Source: an uncultured Anaerolineales bacterium
GTDB lineage: Bacteria; Chloroflexota; Anaerolineae; Epilineales; JAANWY01
NCBI GenBank assembly: GCA_964532665.1
Contig: CAZHMV010000001.1
Coordinates: 103,742 to 167,741, forward strand
DNA length: 64,000 nucleotides
Direction of reading: 5' to 3'
Part shown: positions 1-8,231 of the stretch, one piece after another
How the letters are laid out: every line of letters starts with the position of its first letter
Numbering within the stretch: position 1 is the first letter of the stretch
Program-made: the position numbers and the translations under genes
Notes under the pieces: generated by a model
The model's input: the letters and a program-made list of their open reading frames with translations, nothing else
Databases searched by the model: none
What the model was told of the DNA's origin: nothing

Positions 1-1277
1 GGCAACAGGAACTGAACCGGTCCCCAGAATGGCCGGCTGCCATGGTAGACCAGCGGTGCGGTCACGTTAGGCCCATCGTACGTGTCATCGTCGTGAATGG
101 TGTAAAGGATCGGGCCATTGTCACTGCCGGCATGGACTCTGATCTCAGGGCCGCTCATGGACGGAACGGGCGTTAGTGTGTACAACAGGGGGCCCGTCTC
201 ATTGGGGCCGGCCCAAATGTGGCCGTTGCCGAAGTTGACGGTGAAGAGAATCTCCCCGGTGGCGTTCGCCCCCCGGTGAATGCGCCCCTTTCCCGCTTCC
301 CGGTCGATGGAAAAGAAGATGACTCGGGGACCGGTTGTGTTCGGCCCTTGAAATAGCCGTCCGCTGGGCGGATCGTACAGGTATAGCCATGGCTTGCCAA
401 TCGGGTCCTCGGATATCCGAACAGGCACTTCATCATCGGCGATGGTAACGCGATCGCTGTTGGAAAGACCAACCGAATAGTGCTCCGGATCGGCCGTCAA
501 GGTGATAATCACCGTTTCATCACCCTCCTGAATGCCGTCATCGATCGGCGTGACAGTGATTGTGGCACTGTCAGAGCCAGATGCAATCGTGACGCTGCCA
601 GCCAGATTCACGTAATCGGTTCCGTTGGTGGCAGTGCCGCCGACGCTGTAATTCACGGTCACATCGCCCAGCAGGTCAACGCGGGTAACGGTGAAAACGC
701 CGACATTTGGACCCCATTCGGCCGCGTCAGGGTCCGTAGCGCTGATTGTTATCGGATCGCCGGCGATGGTGACGGTGTCGCTACCCGGCGAGCCAACTGT
801 GTAGTTGGGATCGGCGCTTAAGCTCACAACCACCGTTTCGTCACCTTCCTGGATCGCATCATCTATCGGCGTGACAGGAAGTGTCACGGACGAAGTGCCC
901 GATGCGATGGTAATCGTGCCGGGCAGGGCAGTGTAGTCAGTCCCGTTGGTGGCCGTGCCGCTAACGGCGTACTTCACCGTCAAGTCGCCGGCTGTGTCAC
1001 TGCGCGTGATGGTGAATTCACCGGGGTTCGGGCCGTCTTCAGCGGCCATGGAATCCGTGGCAGCGACTGTTACCGTCGAGGTGTTCAAGCCAGCGGAGAC
1101 TATCACCGTGAGGGCAGAACCGCTCCCTGCGATGTCGATGCCATCGATGCTCTGTGTGCTCGGGGGCTGAGTTGGCAGAGACAATGCCGGCTTCGTCATG
1201 ATGAGCAGGGCAACCAACATCAAGAGGCCGGACAGAAGGATTGTGAATACATGGCTCGTTGTGCTGCTGAATCTCAT
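1..1277 (-). CDS. Secreted Calx-beta repeat protein, 3'-truncated by the window edge (N-terminal signal peptide, at least 3 Calx-beta-like repeats, then a GPNxTGP-type repeat region)
   Basis: Minus-strand ORF starting at ATG 1277 (MRFSSTTSHVFTILLSGLLMLVALLIMTKPA..., RBS AAGGAGAG upstream) and open to position 1. Repeated TATNGTDY...PIDDxIQEGDETV motifs are typical of Calx-beta. It is not in the ORF track because it has no in-window stop. Confidence 0.6.
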   Translation of the reverse strand, partial: MRFSSTTSHVFTILLSGLLMLVALLIMTKPALSLPTQPPSTQSIDGIDIAGSGSALTVIVSAGLNTSTVTVAATDSMAAEDGPNPGEFTITRSDTAGDLTVKYAVSGTATNGTDYTALPGTITIASGTSSVTLPVTPIDDAIQEGDETVVVSLSADPNYTVGSPGSDTVTIAGDPITISATDPDAAEWGPNVGVFTVTRVDLLGDVTVNYSVGGTATNGTDYVNLAGSVTIASGSDSATITVTPIDDGIQEGDETVIITLTADPEHYSVGLSNSDRVTIADDEVPVRISEDPIGKPWLYLYDPPSGRLFQGPNTTGPRVIFFSIDREAGKGRIHRGANATGEILFTVNFGNGHIWAGPNETGPLLYTLTPVPSMSGPEIRVHAGSDNGPILYTIHDDDTYDGPNVTAPLVYHGSRPFWGPVQFLL

Positions 1278-1391
1278 GGCACTCTCCTTTGCAGGGTTGC
1301 GCTCCCTCCATTGGCCTGAACTCATTGTATCAGATGGGTTGGTGTTTGTCAATGCCAAGGGGCGGTGCTTTGTGCTGTCGGTTTTCTCAGG

Positions 1392-1397
1392 TATAAT
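1392..1397 (+). promoter_or_regulatory. Candidate -10 box TATAAT (with weak -35 TTGTGC 16 nt upstream) for the CDF transporter gene
   Basis: TATAAT at 1392-1397, about 45 nt upstream of ATG 1441. The -35 is a weak match. Confidence 0.3.
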
Positions 1398-1440
1398 TCG
1401 ATAGATCGACAGGAGGTGAATTGGCTGACACAATCGTCGA

Positions 1441-2892
1441 ATGCCGAGGGCTGACCGCCGGCAACAGAGGCGGCAAAGGGCACTGGTGTATTGGGGACCA
1501 GAATCTAACGTGAATCACTATACGGCCGTCCAACGGGTGCTTCTGGTTACGCTGGTATTGAATCTCCTGGCAGCCGGTGCCAAAGTCGCTGTCGGCTATC
1601 TGACCGGATCACTCAGCCTCCTGGCCGGCGGGTTTGATTCGGTGTTTGACTCGGCGTCCAACATCATTGGGCTCGTCGGTGTATACCTGGCGTCGCGGCC
1701 ACCAGATGCAACGCACCCCTACGGGCATCGGAAATTCGAGACGCTGACGGCGGTCGCCATCGCCGTTTTGCTCTTCTCGACCTTCTTTCGTCTGATCCGA
1801 AGCGCTATTGGGCAACTGCTGGGCCCACTGGTGTCGCCGCAGGTAACGGTTTGGAGCTTTGCCGTCCTGCTGTTCAGCATGGCTGTTCAACTGGCCGTCA
1901 GTCGGTATGAGGCTCGAAAGGGGCGTGAGTTGCACAGCGATCTCCTCCAGGCCGATGCCGCCCACACGCGGGCAGACTTCTGGGTTTCCCTCTCCATCAT
2001 TGGCGGGTTAATCGCTGTTGTCGCCGGCTATCCGGTCGTTGATCCTCTGCTGGCCATCGGCATCAGCTTTGTGATCGCCAGCATCGGAATCGGTATTGTC
2101 CGTGATAGTTCCCGGATTCTGTCCGACGCGGCGGTGCTTGATCCCAACCTGATTCGACAGATTGCCCTCTCGGTTGACGGCGTGCAGGGCGTTCATGCCA
2201 TCCGCAGTCGAGGGCCGGCTGATGAGGTGTGGATCGATATGCACATTCAGGTTGATCCCCAACTCGGAATTGAGCGGGCGCACGCCATCGGACATGAGGT
2301 GAAATCGCAGATTCTGGGAGAGATTCCAGGGGTGCGAGAGGCAGTCATTCACATCGAGCCAGAGTCATCTCTCACACAGGATGCGGACGCGGTGGTGGCG
2401 GTCCGGCGGGTGGCCGGCCAATTCCCCCTGACGCCTCACGAGATCCACGTGTTTGATGTAGATGGGGCAAGACACGCCTGCCTGCACGTGGAGCTGGAAC
2501 AAGGTATGAGTCTGGCCGACGCCCACGAACTGGCAACGCAGTTGGAAAATGCAGTAGCAGCACAGGTGCCCGACATTTCAGTCGTTACGACTCACCTGGA
2601 GCCGCTGTCGGGAGGTGCGTCAGGCAGCGAAGCCCGACCGCAAGATTTACCGGTCGTCGAGCAGGCTGTTCGCGAGACGGCCGCCGGCATTGATGGCTTG
2701 TGGGACTGTCACGACGTGGCACTCCGCGAGGTCAATGGGCAACTGTTCCTCATTGTGCATTGTCTGTGTGATGGTGATATGTCGTTGTCAGACGCCCATC
2801 AATTGGCCAGCATCCTTGAGCGGCGCCTGAAAGCCCGTCTACCCCGGATCGAGCGAATATTGATCCACGTCGAGCCGCCCGAGGCGCGCTAG
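1441..2892 (+). CDS. Cation diffusion facilitator (CDF) family metal efflux transporter with three tandem C-terminal cytoplasmic (ZT_dimer-like) domains
   Basis: HPYGHRKFE motif and a six-TM N-terminal region typical of CzcD/FieF/MntE. The C-terminal region contains repeated about 70-aa modules (VRRVAGQF...HLEP; GIDGLWDCHDV...HVEPP). An alternative GTG start near 1510 is possible. Confidence 0.8.
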   Translation: MPRADRRQQRRQRALVYWGPESNVNHYTAVQRVLLVTLVLNLLAAGAKVAVGYLTGSLSLLAGGFDSVFDSASNIIGLVGVYLASRPPDATHPYGHRKFETLTAVAIAVLLFSTFFRLIRSAIGQLLGPLVSPQVTVWSFAVLLFSMAVQLAVSRYEARKGRELHSDLLQADAAHTRADFWVSLSIIGGLIAVVAGYPVVDPLLAIGISFVIASIGIGIVRDSSRILSDAAVLDPNLIRQIALSVDGVQGVHAIRSRGPADEVWIDMHIQVDPQLGIERAHAIGHEVKSQILGEIPGVREAVIHIEPESSLTQDADAVVAVRRVAGQFPLTPHEIHVFDVDGARHACLHVELEQGMSLADAHELATQLENAVAAQVPDISVVTTHLEPLSGGASGSEARPQDLPVVEQAVRETAAGIDGLWDCHDVALREVNGQLFLIVHCLCDGDMSLSDAHQLASILERRLKARLPRIERILIHVEPPEAR

Positions 2893-2931
2893 AGTCTACC
2901 CGAAAAATGCTCGAGAGTCGTACTACGCACT

Positions 2932-3597
2932 TCAATCTTTCTCCGGAGTGCGGGTCACGTACACATTCCGCGCCAATTCGCGCCCGACAACGTGTTCCTC
3001 GTTCCCTACACGGAGCGTGAGCGGGCCATCAAATGGCGCCACATTGATAACCTCAATGGCCGTGTTGGGAAACAGGCCAAGGGTGCCCAGGTACCGTAGC
3101 TTCGCAGCGTCCTCGTCACTGACCTGGCGGATGATGACAGTCTGACCGGCCTGGACTTCGGCAAGGGGAGTATGCAGCGGTTCGTAAAGTTCACCTTCGG
3201 CAGTGGGGATTGGGGCACCGTGGGGGTCGATCAGAGGCTCGCCCAGGGCATCGGCGATAGCTGCTTCCAGGTCATCAGAAAGAACGTGCTCCAGCCTCTC
3301 GGCCTCGGCGTGTACCTTGTCCCAGGGGATCCCCAGCGCCTCAGCCAGGTAGAGCTCAAGTAGCCGATGATGCCGAATCATTTGCACGGCGATTTTCCTG
3401 CCGGCCTCGGTCAAGGCCACACCTCGATACGGCTCGTAGGTCAGCAGGTTCATGTCCGCCAGCCTTTTCACCATGTTGGTGACAGATGCCGGCGATACCT
3501 CCAGCCGTTCGGCGATAGCCGATGTGGTCACCCGTTTCCCCCGGCGACCCAGCTTGTAGATCGTCTTCAGGTAGTCCTCGATTGACTGGCTGACCAT
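2932..3597 (-). CDS. DtxR/MntR-family metal-dependent transcriptional repressor with C-terminal FeoA/SH3-like domain
   Basis: N-terminal winged HTH (DYLKTIYKL...SPASVTNMVKRL), a metal-binding/dimerisation region and a FeoA-like C-terminus. Convergent with the CDF exporter. Confidence 0.85.
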   Translation of the reverse strand: MVSQSIEDYLKTIYKLGRRGKRVTTSAIAERLEVSPASVTNMVKRLADMNLLTYEPYRGVALTEAGRKIAVQMIRHHRLLELYLAEALGIPWDKVHAEAERLEHVLSDDLEAAIADALGEPLIDPHGAPIPTAEGELYEPLHTPLAEVQAGQTVIIRQVSDEDAAKLRYLGTLGLFPNTAIEVINVAPFDGPLTLRVGNEEHVVGRELARNVYVTRTPEKD

Positions 3598-3611
3598 CGT
3601 TGTCTCCAGGA

Positions 3612-3666
3612 AAGGGGAACCTGGGAGAACTCAAGGGAACTCAGGGGAAATCTTGAGTTCCCCTGG
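3612..3666. repeat. GGGAACTC-type short tandem repeats forming a hairpin (GGAACTCA/TGAGTTCC arms)
   Basis: gggaactcaagggaactcaggggaaatcttgagttcccc. A related element occurs at 57543-57610. Confidence 0.6.
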
Positions 3667-3715
3667 TCATCTCCTTGTTCCGTTCGATTCCTCATTGAAC
3701 TCCGCTGACACGCAA

Positions 3716-3731
3716 TTTAGGCGAGCCTAAA
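3716..3731. promoter_or_regulatory. Perfect palindrome TTTAGGC-GA-GCCTAAA, candidate DtxR/IdeR-type operator upstream of the regulator gene
   Basis: 16-bp inverted repeat about 120 bp upstream of the DtxR-family gene start. It shares the TAGGC/GCCTA core of IdeR/DtxR boxes. Confidence 0.4.
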
Positions 3732-3766
3732 CCTCGCATAGAGTATAGTGGGGGTTCCGCGTTTTG

Positions 3767-4906
3767 TCAAGTGCCGGCTGTGGCTTCGAGCGTGGCAGTT
3801 ATGGCCGTCAGCACGTCGGCCTCGGTGACGTCCAGGACGTGGCCTGATGGCGCGCGAACGATGCGGTGATACTCGGGGGTGCCCCAGGGTCCAAAGATCT
3901 CTGGTTCGAACGGTCCCCACAGGTGAACTGTTGGCACATCCAGGGCGACAGCCAGGTGCATCGGGCCGGTGTCTGCGCCGACGGCCAGGCGGCAGCGAGC
4001 CAGCAACGCCGCGGCCTGCCCCAACGTGGTCTCGCCGGCCGCGATGACCGGCGTCGCGTGCATGTGTTCCGCAATGGTCCTGGCCAACTCATCCTCGTCA
4101 GGCGAACCAGTGATGACAATTCGCGCCCCCAGCGTCTCGGCCAGGTGATCCGCCACGGCTGCCCATCGGCGGGCCGGCCAGAGTTTAGCGGGGTCGCCGG
4201 CCCCCGGGTGCACCCCGACGACGGTTTCATGCGGTTCGATCCCCTGATCCGCCAGGAATTGGCTGGCGAAGGCCCGTTCATCCGCCGTCAGGTCGAACCG
4301 CAGCCGGCGGTTGGTGTCGGGAACTGGCCGGCCGGCAGTCCGGGCCAGGGCTTCAACCAGCGCCAGGTTGTGTTGCACTGCGTGTCGATCAGGTACATAA
4401 GCAAGCGCCGTCGTGAGGAAAGGTTGCGTTTCCGGCGTGGCGTAGCCGATGCGTGCCGGGATGCCGGCCAACGCGCTCAGAAGAGCCCCCCACCAGTGAT
4501 CGAATCGCAGGATCAGCGCCGTATCGAAGCCATGCGGGCGCAGCCATCGCGCCTCGCGCAACAACACGCGGTATGGATACCATGGCGAAGGTTTGGGCCG
4601 GCGATCGAACCAGGGGAACGGACATCTGAGCACAGCATCCACATTCGGGTTCCGCTCAACGACCGTGGCAGCCCACGGACCGACGAGGGTGGTGATTCGT
4701 GCATGCGGAAACGTCTCGCGCAGCAGTTGCAGGGCCGGCGTCGCGAACAGCAGATCGCCGATGTGGTCCGGTCGAATCACCAGGATGTGATCTGGCTGCA
4801 GACGGCCGTCTGCAGACGGCGTCTGGATGCCGTGGGCTGCAAGCCGCAAGAGTTGAAGCCGGAGCCATGCGTGTCGCATCATGTTGCCAGGCGCAAGAGT
4901 GTACAT
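3767..4906 (-). CDS. Glycosyltransferase family 9 (heptosyltransferase-like, RfaF/WaaC family)
   Basis: GT9 motifs: IRPDHIGDLLFATPAL and HPGAGDPAKLWPARRWAAV. Confidence 0.75.
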   Translation of the reverse strand: MYTLAPGNMMRHAWLRLQLLRLAAHGIQTPSADGRLQPDHILVIRPDHIGDLLFATPALQLLRETFPHARITTLVGPWAATVVERNPNVDAVLRCPFPWFDRRPKPSPWYPYRVLLREARWLRPHGFDTALILRFDHWWGALLSALAGIPARIGYATPETQPFLTTALAYVPDRHAVQHNLALVEALARTAGRPVPDTNRRLRFDLTADERAFASQFLADQGIEPHETVVGVHPGAGDPAKLWPARRWAAVADHLAETLGARIVITGSPDEDELARTIAEHMHATPVIAAGETTLGQAAALLARCRLAVGADTGPMHLAVALDVPTVHLWGPFEPEIFGPWGTPEYHRIVRAPSGHVLDVTEADVLTAITATLEATAGT

Positions 4907-5010
4907 ACAGTTCGGACTGGCTGCCCGGGCTGCGTGTATGAGAACAGCGGATCGCTCGGATTTACGGATTCCCAGGCTCCGAATCCGTAAATCCGAGCGA
5001 TCCGTTGTTC

Positions 5011-6228
5011 TTAATGATGATAGACTGCGTCCATGCGCGGGATGATGGCCTCCCAGGCATATTCGCGCTCTACCAGGCTTCGGGCGCGAGTCCCCAGGGC
5101 AGCCCGGCGGTCCGGGTTGTCCAGAAGCGAGAGGACAGCAGCGGCGAAGTCATCGGCGTTGTCGGCCAACACCAGATGCTCGCCGGCGTGGCCGGCAATC
5201 CCCTCGGCGCCAAGGGTCGTGCTGACGATGGCTTTGCCCATCGCCATGGCCTGGAGCACCTTCAGCCGGGTACCGCCGCCCATCCGCAGCGGCACGATGT
5301 ACACCTGGGCGCCGGCCACGTACGGTCGGATGTCATCCACATACCCCGTTACAGCGACATTTGGCCCACGGGCGAGGGCCTGCACGCGGCTGTGGGGCTC
5401 GCGGCCTACAATTGCCAGGGTGATACCTGGCCGCGCGGCCTGGATGCGTGGCAGAATCTCGCCACAGAACCAGAGCATGGCATCAACGTTGGGCCGAAAG
5501 TCCATCTTACCGGTGAAGACCAGGTTCGCAGTCTGGACGCCGTCCGCGCCGGCATATTCGGGGCGGAAGAAATCGATATCGACGCCGTTGGGCACAACCG
5601 CAGGCGACAGCCCGGGTACCAGCCGGCGCAGAGCTTCTGCATCCGTCTCCGAGACGGCAACAACCCGGTCGGCTATCTGGCAAATCTGCCGCTCATAGCG
5701 GCGCAGCTTGAGCCATTGAATAAGGGAGTAGCCGGCGGCCGGCCAGCGTGTTGGCCGGCCGCCGTCGGTGAGGAACGCCCGGCGCTGCAGGACGTATTCG
5801 GCGTTATGATCGTCAAACACCAGTTTCGTGCGGTCGCTCAGCAGCCGGCTTTCCTGCAGCGCCAGAGCGTACTGGCCCATCTCGATCCCTTCAACCTGTA
5901 TCACATCGAACTGCTCATCCTGCACCCACTGCTCAAGTCGCGTCTGGAACTGGCGAGATGGCAGGCGGAGCGCCATGTCCGGCTGCGGCGACAGAAAGGT
6001 TGTCACCAGGCGTTGGGACAGGGACCGGATGGGCGGCATGGGGATCACATGGACCTGGTCACACAGACCAGGGAGCGGTGTATCGCTGACTGACCGCAAT
6101 CCATCGGTGAAAGAGATCAGGGCGATTTCGTGACGTCGGGCCAGGCCTGCCAACAGGTGGAAGTTGCGAATGGTCGTGCCCTGATGCGGCGGGTATGGCA
6201 GTTGGGGCGTCAGGAAAAGCAGCTTCAT
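5011..6228 (-). CDS. Glycosyltransferase family 4 (GT-B, group 1)
   Basis: GT4 C-terminal EX7E-type region (VPLRMGGGTRLKVLQAMAMGKAIVST). Confidence 0.8.
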   Translation of the reverse strand: MKLLFLTPQLPYPPHQGTTIRNFHLLAGLARRHEIALISFTDGLRSVSDTPLPGLCDQVHVIPMPPIRSLSQRLVTTFLSPQPDMALRLPSRQFQTRLEQWVQDEQFDVIQVEGIEMGQYALALQESRLLSDRTKLVFDDHNAEYVLQRRAFLTDGGRPTRWPAAGYSLIQWLKLRRYERQICQIADRVVAVSETDAEALRRLVPGLSPAVVPNGVDIDFFRPEYAGADGVQTANLVFTGKMDFRPNVDAMLWFCGEILPRIQAARPGITLAIVGREPHSRVQALARGPNVAVTGYVDDIRPYVAGAQVYIVPLRMGGGTRLKVLQAMAMGKAIVSTTLGAEGIAGHAGEHLVLADNADDFAAAVLSLLDNPDRRAALGTRARSLVEREYAWEAIIPRMDAVYHH

Positions 6229-6288
6229 CCTGAGCCTGTCGAAGGGTTCATCCTGAGCCTGTCGAAGGGTTCATCCTGAGCCTGTCGA
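6224..6288. repeat. Tandem repeat, 23-bp unit TTCATCCTGAGCCTGTCGAAGGG x 2.8, overlapping the start codon of the GT4 gene
   Basis: Read directly. Each unit contains aggctcaggATG on the minus strand, so the RBS plus start codon is triplicated out of frame. Confidence 0.85.
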
Positions 6289-6293
6289 GCGAC

Positions 6294-7406
6294 CTACACG
6301 GACTGGGCTACGCGCCGGTAAACGGCCAGTGTCTCTTCGGCCATTCGCTCCAAAGAGAACTTGCTGGCCTGTTTGAATCCGCGCTGTCGAAAATCTGCCC
6401 GAAGGTCTTCGTCGGCCAGCAGCCGGCCAATGGCAGCCGCCCAGCCTTCTACGTCCTCCGGAGGAACGAGCCAGCCGGCATCGCCAACCACCTCGGGCAG
6501 CGATGACACATCGGACACAATGGTTGGTGTCCCAACGGTCATAGCTTCCAGCGGAGGAAGCCCGAAGCCCTCGTAGAGTGCCGGGTGAACGTGGACCGTT
6601 GCCGCATTGTAGATCAATATTAGATCATCCTGGGGAACGCGGCCAACAAATTGGACGTCATTTTCCAGGTCGAGTTCCGAGATCAGGGAGAACACCTCTT
6701 CAAACAGCCAGCCGCGTTTGCCGACAATCACCAGTGGAGCCAGTGGGCCATGCCGATCCAACAGAATCCGCTGAGCGCGGAGCACGGTTGGGATATTCTT
6801 TCGCGGTTCGATAGTGCTCACGAACAGGACGAACTTCTCGGGCAGGTTGTATTTCTCGCGAACCTGTGCCAAAATCTGTGGGTCGTCGATGGGGTGAAAT
6901 GCCGGATCGGCGGCCTCATAGATGACGGTGATGCGGTTGGCCGGCACGCCCAGTAGATTTGCAATGTCCTTTCGCGTGCTTTCGGACACGGCGATGATGT
7001 GATCGGTCCGGTGGACAGCCTGGTCGATCTGCCCGTAGTACCGGGCAGCGTCCTGCGTCAGGAATTGGGGATAGCGCAGAAAATGGAGGTCGTGGATCGT
7101 GATGACGGAGCGTGTACTGCGCCAGAAGGGCGGAACGAAATCCGGACTGTGAAGCAGGTCCACGTTCGTGAGGGCAATCTCGACCGGAAGGACCCACTGC
7201 TCCAGCCGATGATGGCTGGGGGTCCAGAGGTTGCGGCGTTGGAAGCGGCGAGTGTTTGCCATGACCGCCGCGTCTTTGCGGCTTTGAAATAATACGAATT
7301 CCTCGGGGCTGTCGAATTGGGCCAGGCCTTGTACGAGGCGACGGATGTATTGTCCGATGCCGGCCTCCGTGTAGTAGGCCATTCGGGCATCGATCCCGAT
7401 GCGCAT
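6294..7406 (-). CDS. Glycosyltransferase family 4
   Basis: The protein starts MRIGIDARMAYYTEAGIGQY, a typical GT4 N-terminus. The ORF-track start at 7484 is an upstream extension. An AGGGA RBS precedes ATG 7406. Confidence 0.75.
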   Translation of the reverse strand: MRIGIDARMAYYTEAGIGQYIRRLVQGLAQFDSPEEFVLFQSRKDAAVMANTRRFQRRNLWTPSHHRLEQWVLPVEIALTNVDLLHSPDFVPPFWRSTRSVITIHDLHFLRYPQFLTQDAARYYGQIDQAVHRTDHIIAVSESTRKDIANLLGVPANRITVIYEAADPAFHPIDDPQILAQVREKYNLPEKFVLFVSTIEPRKNIPTVLRAQRILLDRHGPLAPLVIVGKRGWLFEEVFSLISELDLENDVQFVGRVPQDDLILIYNAATVHVHPALYEGFGLPPLEAMTVGTPTIVSDVSSLPEVVGDAGWLVPPEDVEGWAAAIGRLLADEDLRADFRQRGFKQASKFSLERMAEETLAVYRRVAQSV

Positions 7407-7489
7407 AGAAATCCCTAACTGTGAATTGCTTAGTCTGCGAGCATTCCTGGGTACTATTATACTGCTGAGATTGCACCTGGTCAAGCAGG

Positions 7490-7518
7490 TTGCATCAGAG
7501 TCGCCGACGCAGTATAAT
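7490..7518 (+). promoter_or_regulatory. Sigma70-like promoter for phoU (TTGCAT-17-TATAAT)
   Basis: -35 TTGCAT at 7490-7495, a 17-nt spacer, and -10 TATAAT at 7513-7518, about 45 nt upstream of ATG 7563. Confidence 0.5.
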
Positions 7519-7562
7519 CTCGACAGCCATCCACGCTACCGACTGATGAAGGAGATGGGATC

Positions 7563-8219
7563 ATGACCCGGGCAGCCTTTCAGGAACGGCTTGATGAAGT
7601 GTTAGGAAATCTGTTGGCGATGGGCGATCTCGTGGATACCGCAATCGTGCGCGCAGTGCAGTCGTTGGCAGAGCGCGATGCAGAATTGGCGCAGCGAGTG
7701 ATCGCAGAAGACCGGCGAGTCAACCAGGCTATGTACGATCTGGAAGAGCAGACGCTGGTTCTCATTGCCACACAACAACCCCTGGCCGGCGACCTCCGCA
7801 CCCTGATGTCCGCGGCCAGCATAGCCACCGAGCTGGAGCGGATGGGGGACTACGCCGAGGGAATCGCCACCATCACGCTCCGAGGCATCGATCAGCCGTT
7901 GCTGAAGCCGTTGATCGACGTTCCGCGTATGACCGAAATCGGACGAGAGCTACTGCGTGGCCAGCTTCAGGCGTTTATTGATCGAGACGTGGAGCGAGCG
8001 CGTATGCTGGCCGCACGAGATGACGAAATCGACAGATTGTTCGATCAGATATACCGTGAGCTGCTGACGTTCATGGCAGAAGATCCCCGAACAATCACCC
8101 GAGCTACCCACCTCATCTGGGTCGCCCACAACCTGGAGCGGATCGGAGATCGGACGACGAACATCGGAGAACGGGTGGTCTTCCTGGTGACGGGTGAGGT
8201 TGTCGAGCTCAATCCCTGA
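7563..8219 (+). CDS. phoU: Phosphate signalling complex protein PhoU
   Basis: Two PhoU repeats (AERDAELAQRVIAEDRRVNQ... and ARDDEIDRLFDQIYREL...). No pst genes are adjacent. Confidence 0.85.
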   Translation: MTRAAFQERLDEVLGNLLAMGDLVDTAIVRAVQSLAERDAELAQRVIAEDRRVNQAMYDLEEQTLVLIATQQPLAGDLRTLMSAASIATELERMGDYAEGIATITLRGIDQPLLKPLIDVPRMTEIGRELLRGQLQAFIDRDVERARMLAARDDEIDRLFDQIYRELLTFMAEDPRTITRATHLIWVAHNLERIGDRTTNIGERVVFLVTGEVVELNP

Positions 8220-8231
8220 CGAGGCTGTTTC

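Noticed and set aside
3866-4990. 374-aa plus-strand ORF antisense to the GT9 gene; similar antisense ORFs at 18462..19262 (uvrC), 23680..24114 (gltX), 57720..58877 (permease), 60003..61256 (fusion enzyme) and 62532..63914 (SH3 lipoprotein)
   Set aside because: No domain-like motifs and R/G/A/P-rich composition. Each is shadowed by a strongly supported gene on the other strand.
5005-6093. 362-aa plus-strand ORF (also 5033..5698) overlapping the GT4 gene in antisense
   Set aside because: Arg/Ala/Gly-rich, low-complexity composition typical of antisense frames in high-GC DNA. The opposite strand encodes a well-supported GT4 glycosyltransferase.
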